Part shown: in pieces, positions 23,351 to 33,366 of the stretch | Position numbering within the stretch: position 1 is the first letter of the stretch | Layout of the letters: every line of letters starts with the position of its first letter | Assembly (NCBI GenBank): GCA_946965045.2 | Contig: OX337240.1 | Location: forward strand, 1,798,001-1,862,000 | Direction of reading: 5' to 3' | DNA: 64,000 nucleotides | Source: Epithemia pelagica | Taxonomy: Eukaryota > Protista > Bacillariophyta | The notes under the pieces: model-generated | Databases searched by the model: none | Seen by the model: the letters and a program-made list of their open reading frames with translations, nothing else | What the model was told of the DNA's origin: nothing | Translations under genes and position numbers: made by a program

Positions 23351-24998
23351 AACTGTCGATTTTTAGCGCCGACTTGAGCGAGCATATCGTCGGAAGGAGG
23401 ACGTTGCTTGCGATGATAGGACGGAAGAGCACCGGTGACATGAACGGGTGTCCCAAACCAGGCCTCATTTTGTTGGTCGAGGCCATTCCACCGCCAAAAA
23501 ATGAGAGAAGATCCTGCATCCCAATCCCACCACGTGCTTGCCAACAATTGCGAAAGCACTTGACATCCAGCGGCACGCACAAGAGGATCAGAGTGCAACA
23601 AAAAATCAGAGTCCCCCCCTGGAGTGTCGAATCGGACACCAAAGATGGCCATGCCTTTCCAAACCGAAGACGTAAATAGGCGATAAAGCTTCGATACAGT
23701 CGACGACGCCACCAACGGAGCCCAAGTAAACGAAGCCCAGCCAGAGCCCGATCAGAAATCCAAGGAAACAATCCACGAATCCGACCGTTCCATATCCAAA
23801 AAGGTGCGACCGCGTCATCAGATTTGACGGCAATATCCAATATTTTGGAATCATCTAACCAAGCAGCGTGAGGCAAGAAGGCGGGCAAAGAAGGAATATG
23901 TGTGCCCAGTACGCCATTCTGCGTGTGTTCGGCCAAGGCTGACAGCCACCGTCCTCGTTTGGCGGGACGCAAAGGCGACGGTGGACCACCGTGTTTGGTG
24001 CCAGCGGTGCTAAGATGGTGAATCAGCACCGGCTCGAGAAAAGGGAGGGCGGTGGTCAAGACTTGGCCTGGGATTTTGACGGGTGTGAAACGAGGGGACA
24101 ACACATGCTGGATCCACCAATCAAACGAATCGTTTATCTGCATGATCCACAATGGGAGGTCAAAAGCCGCACCCAGTTCCAACGGAGTAAGGGAACGGGA
24201 GCCCCAGCCGTTCTTGTAAAACCGAGTGGCGAACTTGACCGGTTTGTCCAGTTGACGTGTGTGCAGTAAGTCGTCACTCCCGTAAGTCGACAAGGATACG
24301 GACGGCGGGGAGCACGGTTCAGGTCGAACCGAATGTATCAGGATAGATCCAATCGTGCGGCGTGACGATAACTTGAAGAATAAAGGCGACAAGCCACGCC
24401 GTCCCACATGCACCCGAGCGGTAGTAACTCCGCCGCACTGCTTATGAGTGACGGCCAACCATTGGACTTGAGGCAAATTTGGCCGAGACCATCCCGATGG
24501 TAAGAGAAGCAGTACCGGCCAACTGGAAGGGACAAGCGCCAAGGAAGAAGCTAAGAAGTCCGGATCTCCCTCCAACAACACCACAGAAATGATACCACGA
24601 CCCAACACCATGTCGATGCTTGGAACCAGATGCAATTTGTCATGGCAGTGAGCCAAAACAGCGCTCCAAAAAGGGTCAGCCCGTCGTGCCTCGTACTCAC
24701 TGGCCAGCATGTAAATGCCATGCCAGTCACCCACACTCAATGCAAGACCCCAGGTAATGGCGGATTGACCAAGGATCAAGCACGAAAGATCACTGCGAAA
24801 GGTCTTGGAGCCGCGATCAACTGCCCGAACACATGGACGCTTTGTTCGAATGGTGACAGATGGAGGGGGAGCCGAACGTTTTACGCTAGCAGGAGGATCT
24901 GGCGGATGGTGGCTGCTGAGCGAAGAAGCAATACTACCTGCGTCTAAACCAGATGGGTCACATGAAACATCATCGTCTAGGTTAGACGCGGCACACCG
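23331..24998 (-). pseudogene. N-terminal pol region with a degenerate DNA cytosine-C5 methyltransferase-like domain
   Basis: In frame with ORF1 across a single TGA. VTHKQCGGVTTARVHVG resembles motif VIII and WGSRSLTPLELGAAFDLP resembles motif IX (RxLTxRE...GFP). No clear FxGxG or PC motif. Confidence 0.5.
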
Positions 24999-27431
24999 TC
25001 ACTTTTTGTCACCACCCTGACCATTGCGGCGTTGAGCTTGCTTTTTCAGCTCCGTCACATCTTTCTTGACAGTGTCGATAGAGCTGCTAGCCGTGTCCGA
25101 AGCCTTTTTGGCGGCTGTAACATCTTTAACTAACTGACAAGAGGTTTTCTTCAAACTGTCGACTTGATCCTCTAGTGTCTTCAAGGATTCGAAACCGGAA
25201 TTGGTAGAAAGGAAGCGAATATATTCGCTCGACACCGATGGATGATTTTTGAAACGTGCCTTCACATATTCACTCATGACGTCATGTGTGCGAAGAACCC
25301 CATAAAGGATCCATGCACACTGCCCAGCGCTATCAGTGGTGGACAAGGAGGAGTACACCTGAGCTCTCACCTTGTAAAGATCCATGAAGAAACGCCGAAC
25401 AACTTGAGTAACAAGACTGAAAGCCTTACAGGTTGTGAACTTCGATTTGATGGTCAATTCGTTCATAGTCTCGTCGAAGTACGTAACTAATTCACGGCAA
25501 CATCCAACAGACACAGATAGCATCGACAAAGCTAAGGCTCGAGCTTCGGGTTCCGCAGCCATCGTGGTAGCAATTTGCTCATCAAACATGGAGCTCATGT
25601 TGCCCAGGCAATTGAGGATTTGATCACGTACCCCTGTCTCCGGGGCCTCCCAATCACCAAACTCCTTCATTGCTGTCAGAAACGACGGATCTCGTCCAGT
25701 TCCCGGAAAATCCTTATACAACAACTGTGGAAATTCATTCTTCATGGAGTAGATGGCTCGAGCTTCATTCGTGGTTGCAATCTGCATCTTGTGACGTTTC
25801 TCCATGGTCGTGAGCATGGAGAGAACGTCACCGTTTTCTTGAGGAGCACACCATTCCAAGACAAGATTGAGATCGAACAAAAGTCCATAGGCTTGGGATC
25901 CAAACTTGAGGGCCACCCAGGCTTTGCAGTCGTCGACCGACGCCACGCCAAGACTCCCGAACTTGATAGCAGATGTGTCCACTTTGCTTTGGAGACGTTG
26001 CATCGCAGTGTTTGCGTCCTTGACGATGGTTTGAAGATGTGCAATCTCAGCTTCCATCGCCATGAATTTTGGGTCTTTCGAAAAGTCAGGCGCTGGGATG
26101 CTGGAAGATCCAGTGGCAAACGCGGTTCGAGTTGCAACCCGATTCAATGCCAGGTCGTGAGCTTGCAATTTACTTTCCAGTTCCAAAAGCTTTTCTGCTG
26201 TGGAGGAATTAGATTCAAGGGCCGACATCCTACCGATTAGACCCTCAAAACCTTTGACAAACTGAGAACGGAGCTTGTCCACACCATTTCGAGATTCGAT
26301 TTGAGCGGCTGAGAGCTTGGATGACATCTCAGCTCGAACACGTGAGAAGAAGGTTCCAATCGACGATTGCACCCCAGCAAGTCGACTGTCCATTGCTTGT
26401 TCGTTTGCTTCAGCTGTCGACGGTGATGTTTCCTGGATGCTCCTGATCATAGAAGAAATGATCCCCCAGAGGGTGGGAGCTTGGTATTCTTCTGGTAATT
26501 CTTCGCGGGGTCCAATTTCCATAGAGAGTTGGTCAAATTTGACTCCGAGACCTTCTACCGCATCTCCTGTTTCCCTCGCCATCTCCTCTTGTTCCAAGAA
26601 AAGAGCTCGAATGATGTCACCTGCTTCTGTGACTGAGTCCTCTATCTCACGGATGGTGGTGGGGATGAGGGTCGAATCAGACGAAATCTGGCGGACAACT
26701 TCCTTTAGTTCGCCAGATAAGATCTTGTGGTGTGGGGAAAAGTTCTGAACTAGAAAAGAAGTGGTCTTCGACTTGGATCTCTGTAAAGTAAACGGAGTGC
26801 GTAAATCCTTCATGCTTGAGATCTTGTTTTCCGTTTCCTTGAGGCTTGCTTCTAGGTTTCCTTCGTTTGTGACTTGTTTTAAGCGTTTGAGAGCGACGAA
26901 TTTCTTCGTCCAGTCTTCCATAGAATGTTTCTCGCCCTGAATTTCTTCAAGGGTGGTCTGAGAAATGTCTTCTAGAGGTACCACGGGGGTACAGAAAGCG
27001 GAGGCTGGGTTCTTGGCAATAAACAGTCCTCCATTGGGCCCCAAATCGTAGGCGGGCAGTCCAGTTCCATGGTCCCCGGCTTTCGCGCACTTGGGGTCAA
27101 TGCAAAAGGTGCTACCGCCTCGTTTGAGGCCCAAACACAACAACTTTTTGGCGCATTCACTTGTACGTAGAACAACCACTCCAAACTTACTTGACGACGT
27201 GTGACGACCGAGGGTCGACGACGTGGAAGATGGGAAAGTAGTGGAGTCCGATGCTTGCATCATGTCTTCCGCGGGTTCCGCAAAAGAGATCTGACCGCGG
27301 TCCCCCCTTAGAGCCGACGTAGAAGAACGGGCGGCCCCAATAGCCGAGGGAGTGGCAATCGACGGCTGAGCGACGAGCGAAGCGAGGACAGCATCCTCAT
27401 CGTCAGCAGGAGGAGGCGGAGGAACAGACAT
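24999..27431 (-). CDS. ORF1 (Gag-like) of the YR retrotransposon
   Basis: 810-aa intact ORF at the element 5' end; C...CIDPKC...H Cys/His cluster and long coiled-coil-like region. Confidence 0.75.
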   Translation of the reverse strand: MSVPPPPPADDEDAVLASLVAQPSIATPSAIGAARSSTSALRGDRGQISFAEPAEDMMQASDSTTFPSSTSSTLGRHTSSSKFGVVVLRTSECAKKLLCLGLKRGGSTFCIDPKCAKAGDHGTGLPAYDLGPNGGLFIAKNPASAFCTPVVPLEDISQTTLEEIQGEKHSMEDWTKKFVALKRLKQVTNEGNLEASLKETENKISSMKDLRTPFTLQRSKSKTTSFLVQNFSPHHKILSGELKEVVRQISSDSTLIPTTIREIEDSVTEAGDIIRALFLEQEEMARETGDAVEGLGVKFDQLSMEIGPREELPEEYQAPTLWGIISSMIRSIQETSPSTAEANEQAMDSRLAGVQSSIGTFFSRVRAEMSSKLSAAQIESRNGVDKLRSQFVKGFEGLIGRMSALESNSSTAEKLLELESKLQAHDLALNRVATRTAFATGSSSIPAPDFSKDPKFMAMEAEIAHLQTIVKDANTAMQRLQSKVDTSAIKFGSLGVASVDDCKAWVALKFGSQAYGLLFDLNLVLEWCAPQENGDVLSMLTTMEKRHKMQIATTNEARAIYSMKNEFPQLLYKDFPGTGRDPSFLTAMKEFGDWEAPETGVRDQILNCLGNMSSMFDEQIATTMAAEPEARALALSMLSVSVGCCRELVTYFDETMNELTIKSKFTTCKAFSLVTQVVRRFFMDLYKVRAQVYSSLSTTDSAGQCAWILYGVLRTHDVMSEYVKARFKNHPSVSSEYIRFLSTNSGFESLKTLEDQVDSLKKTSCQLVKDVTAAKKASDTASSSIDTVKKDVTELKKQAQRRNGQGGDKK

Positions 27432-27951
27432 GACCGAGAGGAGAGAGAGGGTGAGCCCAGCGAAACCGAAGTTGGAGATTCAGCTTTTCAGAGAACTCAG
27501 AACAACGCCAAAGGTGATCAAGCCTTCGCCGTCGAACCGTAGGAAATCCAAAGAGTGAGAGCTCCTTCTCCCTCTTGTCTTGTTTGTTGCGTCTTTGGCT
27601 CAGTGGATCTGGTCGATGCTTGCGCTCCACTAGGGACCTCATTTTGGCGCATTGTTGTCTGCTTCCATATAAGCCAGGTCTCTTGAAAGGCCGAGTCCTT
27701 GGTTCTTGTATGATAGCACTTCAGAGATTGAACTGGAAGTGTTTTGTCGCAGTAGATGTGATACACATACTTTCTCAAATTCGACTTCCGAATTGCACGC
27801 CTGTTCTGCCTCATTTATTTTCTGTTCGGTGTACCGGCAATGTTCTCTGAATCTCGCCCGGCTCTCTCTCTTCGCTCACAATCAATGCGCAGGCTCCGTG
27901 ATGTGGTCCAATCCCGCTTCTTGATCCCGCTTAAACTTTGATGTACATTGA

Positions 27952-28101
27952 GGGCCCCCCGACGCCTCCTCCCATATTCGAACAGAGTTTCCCTGTCTAC
28001 GTAGCTTCGGATTCTTTGCTGGTAACCTCAAGAGTTTTAATGGTGTGTTCACCACCAGTTCGAACTTGAGCCTCGTGGACTTTCAATCCCCCCAAACCCA
28101 A
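27952..28101 (-). repeat. 5' terminal direct repeat (150 bp) of the YR retrotransposon
   Basis: Copy of 19152-19301. On the minus strand it starts TTGGGTTTGGGGGG and ends GGGGGGCCC. Confidence 0.95.
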
Positions 28102-28874
28102 CTTCATTCAGGCCAATACCAGCAGCTTGAAGGTCCCAGCGTCCAGCCGGTTCCTTCGTCCCCCCCCGCAACGCCCTTCATCCGAAATAATAATCAAACA
28201 CCCCCAACGAAGGAAAACGCAAAAACATCACGAAGAAGGATCTATAGAATTTGTTCTTTTCCATGATTCGTGATGGTTCATGAAAGATGTGAGGAGAAAC
28301 TGAACGACTACACGATGGAAGTTTCTATTCTGCCATCTGCGCGACAAAGCAAAAAATAATTACACATCATGGATCAAGGGTCAAGTTAGATGCGTCTATT
28401 CACGCTTTTGGTGAATGGACGATTTGATATCGAGCCAGCACCCGGTACTCTTACCTTATAATAGAACAGTAGGGTTTGAGGTCCGCAATGTGGTGTTGTC
28501 TTCGGCCCTTCATCCTTCATGCACTGGTTCTGCACAAGATATTGGAGGAAAGACAAGCATTCATGGTTCTTTGTTTATCCACACTTCAAAGCGTATTTTC
28601 ATTCTGCGCGTCCTGCGTCGCTAGAGACAATAGAGAGGGAGCTCTTGAGTTAGAGGAGTGACAATGGATAGTGTAGCTATTTCCCCTAGTAGCAACAAAG
28701 AGCGACTCCAAAAACGACTTTATATGCGACCACAGACAGAAATCTTTGCTTTTTCATTGTTCTGTCAACAAATTCCATTGAGATTTGAGATCGCTGGGCT
28801 GGTTGGAAGATCAAGTCAGCAGACTTTATACAACTATCTGATCGTCACTTTTGTGAATCGAATTTGCAAGTCAG

Positions 28875-29822
28875 ATGTGGCATCTCCTCCTGTTGTTGGT
28901 TTGGTTCCAGATTGGCCTGCCTACTTTTGTGGCTGGGTGGACATGGACAAGCCCACTCAAGCAACCATCCGTCTCGTCGTTACTTCAAGAAAATGCTCAG
29001 CAAATTGCTCAACTCAAGTCGGTTGCTACTGAAGAACTGAAAGATGGAATTAGTAAAGAACCATATTCCAACGACGTTTTCTTCTTGCGTTATTGTCTTC
29101 AATTCGGTGACAGTGAAGATCCACAGACGGCGGCTCACGACTGTTTGATTCAAAATTTGCAGTGGCGCTCGAGCCCGAAAGGGCAGCGCATTTGTACCGC
29201 AGCCTTGGATGCCGTACAAAAAGCTACCGCAACGGCTGGAAGCTGGGACAATGAACCCGTCTTTGCCAATGCCCCACATTCCACCGCCATTGGAGCGTTT
29301 TTGACACCCGAAAAATGTTTGACCACCACCACAGGACAAGACGATTTGATTTATTGTATTCGAGCTGGCCAAATTGACGATGTAAGTTTGATGGAACGTG
29401 TCTCGGTGGACGAATTGACTGATTTCTTTCTCTACGCCAAGGAAGTGAACTACCTCGTATCCCTGCAACGCTCCTTGGACACGGACAAGATGGTATCGGT
29501 CTTGACTGCTAATGACTTGAGTGGAGTCAAATTGATTGGTGGATCGGCTGATTTTCGCAAGGCGCTGGGTGCCTCGAGTAAGGAATCCGATGCCTTGTAC
29601 CCAGCCACCAATGGGCCGACGCTATTGCTCAATTTGCCCGCTGTCTTGAATGCCTTGGTCAAACTCTTTACCCCCCTCTTTCCCAATTCGGTCAAGGCCC
29701 GGTTGCGATTTGAACAAGGACCCCTCAAAGACATTCAACAACTGGTGGACATTGCCAAGCCGGGCAGCAGTGAACGCAATACCTTTCTGGAACAAATTGA
29801 CAGCCTCGTCTACAAAGACTAG
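28875..29822 (+). CDS. CRAL-TRIO (Sec14-like) lipid-binding protein with signal peptide, possibly plastid-targeted
   Basis: DVFFLRYCL...NLQWR (CRAL-TRIO N-terminal), TANDLSG, LLLNLP...LVKLFTPLFP...RLRF; hydrophobic leader FVAG-W. Confidence 0.75.
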   Translation: MWHLLLLLVWFQIGLPTFVAGWTWTSPLKQPSVSSLLQENAQQIAQLKSVATEELKDGISKEPYSNDVFFLRYCLQFGDSEDPQTAAHDCLIQNLQWRSSPKGQRICTAALDAVQKATATAGSWDNEPVFANAPHSTAIGAFLTPEKCLTTTTGQDDLIYCIRAGQIDDVSLMERVSVDELTDFFLYAKEVNYLVSLQRSLDTDKMVSVLTANDLSGVKLIGGSADFRKALGASSKESDALYPATNGPTLLLNLPAVLNALVKLFTPLFPNSVKARLRFEQGPLKDIQQLVDIAKPGSSERNTFLEQIDSLVYKD

Positions 29823-30437
29823 GTCTCATGTTCAGTCGAACCCCCAAATACATTGAAACCACAAACCTAAAAAATCGCTATCGCCAAAGCTTCACTCTTT
29901 AAAAGAAGTGACGGACGAATTCACTTTCCAAATAGCCAAAGTAGGACGCCTTGTACCGAGAAAAGTAACGATGATTTTTCCTGCTCTCTTGTCTTATCTC
30001 TGTCGCCCGATAGATTGCTACGGGGACAACGGGCGATTTGATGTACTCAATCAAACTCTAATTTGTTTTTGTGAGACTCTCATGCACAGACGGCAACCTC
30101 AATTCATTTGTACCACTCTTGCCATGGCCCAAAGCTGCGTCGTCACGAAACAAAGGACTTGTATTCTACGGGTGATCGTGGTTGATTTGATAGTATGTTA
30201 CGTTTGAATTAGTCGAAAAAAGAAATTACACTCTCGCAACGGCCGTGTTCCAAAGGAAATGAATAAGAGAGCGAGACCAATGACACAGATTCATGCACAA
30301 CATATAGGAGAGAGTACAAGGAACGGCCCAATGCGAATGCGCTATGGTAATAAATGGTGAGACACACAAAGTGTTGTCTCGCGTGAAATGAATGTGAAAG
30401 ATTTCATAGAATTGTGGAATAGAATGATGGTGCGTCT

Positions 30438-31934
30438 CTAGAAGGCTCCATCCATGCGTTGATAGGAGCTTTCGTCTTCGTCACGACTGCGTCGATGGTT
30501 CGTGTCGTCGTCATCATCGTCACGTTCCAGATGATCACGAGGATGATGCATTCGGCGTCCTCGCGACACAAATCCGGAGGACCACCAATAGGCAAATTCT
30601 TCAAAGGAAATCAGTTGATCGCCATTCGTGTCAATAGTATGAAAGGCCTTGAGAGTATATCGGTCATCCAGTTCGACACCAATGTCTTGCAACAGGTAGG
30701 CGAATTCTCGTGCATCAATGTATCCATCCGCGTCACCATCGTAATTCGTAAAGACGAGCAACAAAAAGGATTCGTCCGCCAAGGAATTGCGCAACGAGGC
30801 AAATTTTCTTGATGCATGGATACCCACCAACGCCGACACGGCTCCCAAAGCCACCCACAAGCTTCCCAACCATATGGCCGGTCCGTACATTTGTCCAATG
30901 TTTAAGGCACCGATAATGACATAGAGGATCGCACGGCCCCACACAAAGCGAAAAATGTTGCAATTGCGGGTCATGACATTACGAACGTGTGCTCGTATAC
31001 TGAGAGGATGCGACGCCAAGAGGCGACTGTCCAAAATTAACACGACAATGGCCATGGCAATGACGGTTACATAAATGACAATGGAATGGGCTTCCAACGA
31101 ATTCGGTTGATCTTCCACAAAGGCGCCCGCGGCGACTCCAAACGTCCCCAGCGATAAGAGAATGGCCGGAAAGCGCAAAAACAAGGTTCCTTCCTCGGCT
31201 TCAAACTTCCATTTCATTAAATGGCCATTGAAGAGGGAATTCAAATGGTTTTGATTTGGTGCCATGGCACCGACGACACTGTCACCCGGACCGACTCCTG
31301 TCGATCGACTGTGATGGGTACTGTCACCTGCTTCCTCATCATCATCGTCGCCGTAATCGTAGGTGGGCGCATCGTCGTAGGATGGATACCCACCGTCGGT
31401 TGGTCGCTTCTGTTGTTGTTGTTCTTGTCGTTTTTGTGGTCGTCGTCTTCGCGGTTTGTCTTGTTCCATGGCCGACAGTTCATCGTCTGACGTATGATTG
31501 GGATCGACCACGGAATGATGGTACGAGGCGGTCGGGTCTTGATTCAACGAAGGAGCAGCCGACGCGGAGGATGCCACGGTTTGCGGTTGCGGGGAAGAGG
31601 TCAATTCCTCATTTGTAATACTAGGAGTATTGTTGTTGTTATTGTTGTTGCTGTTGTGGGAATCTGCCACGGAAGAGGACGATCTACCAGTGGTAGGTGG
31701 TTGATAGGTTCCTTGTTGTTGCTGCTGTTGTTGGTTTGGTGTTGAAGGTGTCGATTTGACAGTGCCTGTTTTTAGGGTTCCACTCTTGGAGGGCTGTCGT
31801 TTGTGTTTGGGAGGTAGTTTCTTGTTGCTCGAATTTGGTTTGGACGCAGCTCCTCCTCCTGGACTACTTCCACCAGCCGTTCCGGCATTGGTCGGACTCT
31901 GGCCTGGAGTTTTGCGTTGACCGAACCAACCCAT
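30438..31934 (-). CDS. Membrane protein with COPI-associated (TVP15-like) domain and two EF-hands
   Basis: FRFVWGRAILYVIIGALNI; EF loops DGDADGYIDARE and DTNGDQLISFEE; long low-complexity N-terminus. Confidence 0.75.
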   Translation of the reverse strand: MGWFGQRKTPGQSPTNAGTAGGSSPGGGAASKPNSSNKKLPPKHKRQPSKSGTLKTGTVKSTPSTPNQQQQQQQGTYQPPTTGRSSSSVADSHNSNNNNNNNTPSITNEELTSSPQPQTVASSASAAPSLNQDPTASYHHSVVDPNHTSDDELSAMEQDKPRRRRPQKRQEQQQQKRPTDGGYPSYDDAPTYDYGDDDDEEAGDSTHHSRSTGVGPGDSVVGAMAPNQNHLNSLFNGHLMKWKFEAEEGTLFLRFPAILLSLGTFGVAAGAFVEDQPNSLEAHSIVIYVTVIAMAIVVLILDSRLLASHPLSIRAHVRNVMTRNCNIFRFVWGRAILYVIIGALNIGQMYGPAIWLGSLWVALGAVSALVGIHASRKFASLRNSLADESFLLLVFTNYDGDADGYIDAREFAYLLQDIGVELDDRYTLKAFHTIDTNGDQLISFEEFAYWWSSGFVSRGRRMHHPRDHLERDDDDDDTNHRRSRDEDESSYQRMDGAF

Positions 31935-33366
31935 GGTTGCTCTTGTTGTTTGTTGTTGTGGCTCCTACTAAGTAGAGTCTGGAAGTTTATTTCACAATCG
32001 ATATTCAGACTGACGCAATGATAGAGGTGCAATTGTCGATCCTTTGGTTGACTCAAGACGACAATCCGGTATTCGCAGAATGTCAAACAAGAATCGAGAA
32101 CCAGGATCACCTCCAATAATTGTATCTCTCAAACACACACACACACACAAATCTCAATCGACAGAATCGGCTGTCTCTAGGAACAAAATGTGTTGTTGCG
32201 TCTTGTCGTCTCTCTGACAATCACCAAATTCTTGCAAGGATGGGTCTTTGAAGTCGCCTATAATTTTGGATTTGTTCGTAGAGGACAACACAAGAGAGTG
32301 CTCTCCACCAAAAGAAGAACAAGGACCGATTAAAAAAAGAATAATTCAAACACTGTTTTCGTCCGGAAAGTCATTGCTATTGCGTGTTGCGTGTGTTGTT
32401 TGATGTGAAGCATAGGATCACTTTTTGTCTCCCCACCGAGCGTGGAGTTCTCAAGAAAAAATTGTCCAACCACGTAGGTTCGGCAGGCTGGCTCGTTATA
32501 GTATTTAATCAATGACACGTGCAATACATAGAGACTCGGAACGCCATATGGATACTTAGAGTCAGTCGTGGAGTGAACCGAAGCAGTTACCACCACGAAT
32601 CAAGGGATGCGAGGAAATCCAAAAAAGCTTCGCGCGCACGTCGACGTACCAAAAACGTCCGCCATTGGACCGTTGCAGATACTGCACCCGACAAAATTGA
32701 CTATGCTTCGGCGTCTTTGTATCCACAAGAAGACTCCCACAAAACTCTACCTATTGTCTCTTGGTCTTGGTTCGCGAATGTCGACTACGCCTTGGTAAGG
32801 CGTAGATAGTCCTCTTGTTCCAATTCCAATCGGATTCCGGATAAGCTCCCCCATCCCTAACGCAACAACATGCGAGAGGACATAGAGGATGGAGGTGATG
32901 GGCGAACATGACTTTCCTCATGGCGGCGATGACACAAGACTTTGCTGTCCTGCCGCTCTGGACAACATGAAAGTTGTGTGGATGGGAACACTGGCCACTT
33001 GACACAAGTGTTACCTTGTAGGCGAAAAAACGCTGGCAGAAACTTTTGATGTTGAGCGACCTTTACATGTGTAGGAGGACTTACCATCTAGAGCATGCAT
33101 AAGCCATACAATGCGTGCTGTTCCGAAAAATTTCGTAAAGGAGTACCAAAGTTCGGAAGATTTCGCAACTCTGTATTTGCATATTCGTACGTTTGGATTC
33201 AACACATTGGAATATCAAGTTTTAATAAGAAGATTGGTTACGAACTACAACTCGGCACACATTCAAAACAAGGAAAGGACAAGACTCCTTTCCGTCAGCA
33301 GGCTGGTGGGGGTGCACACTCATTGGTGATATATAGCATCTGTTTTCAAAATAATCGATAAAGTCT

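Larger units (their letters stand above)
19152..28101 (-). mobile_element. Tyrosine-recombinase (DIRS/Ngaro/PAT-type) retrotransposon, frameshifted copy
   Basis: 150-bp terminal direct repeats; on the minus strand gag-like ORF, then MTase-like/RT/RNase H, then tyrosine recombinase. Several frameshifts. Confidence 0.88.

Noticed and set aside
32000-33360. Small gene between the EF-hand and PPase genes
   Set aside because: There are splice-like signals but I could not assemble a coherent frame or motif; only a short (CA)n tract near 32133.
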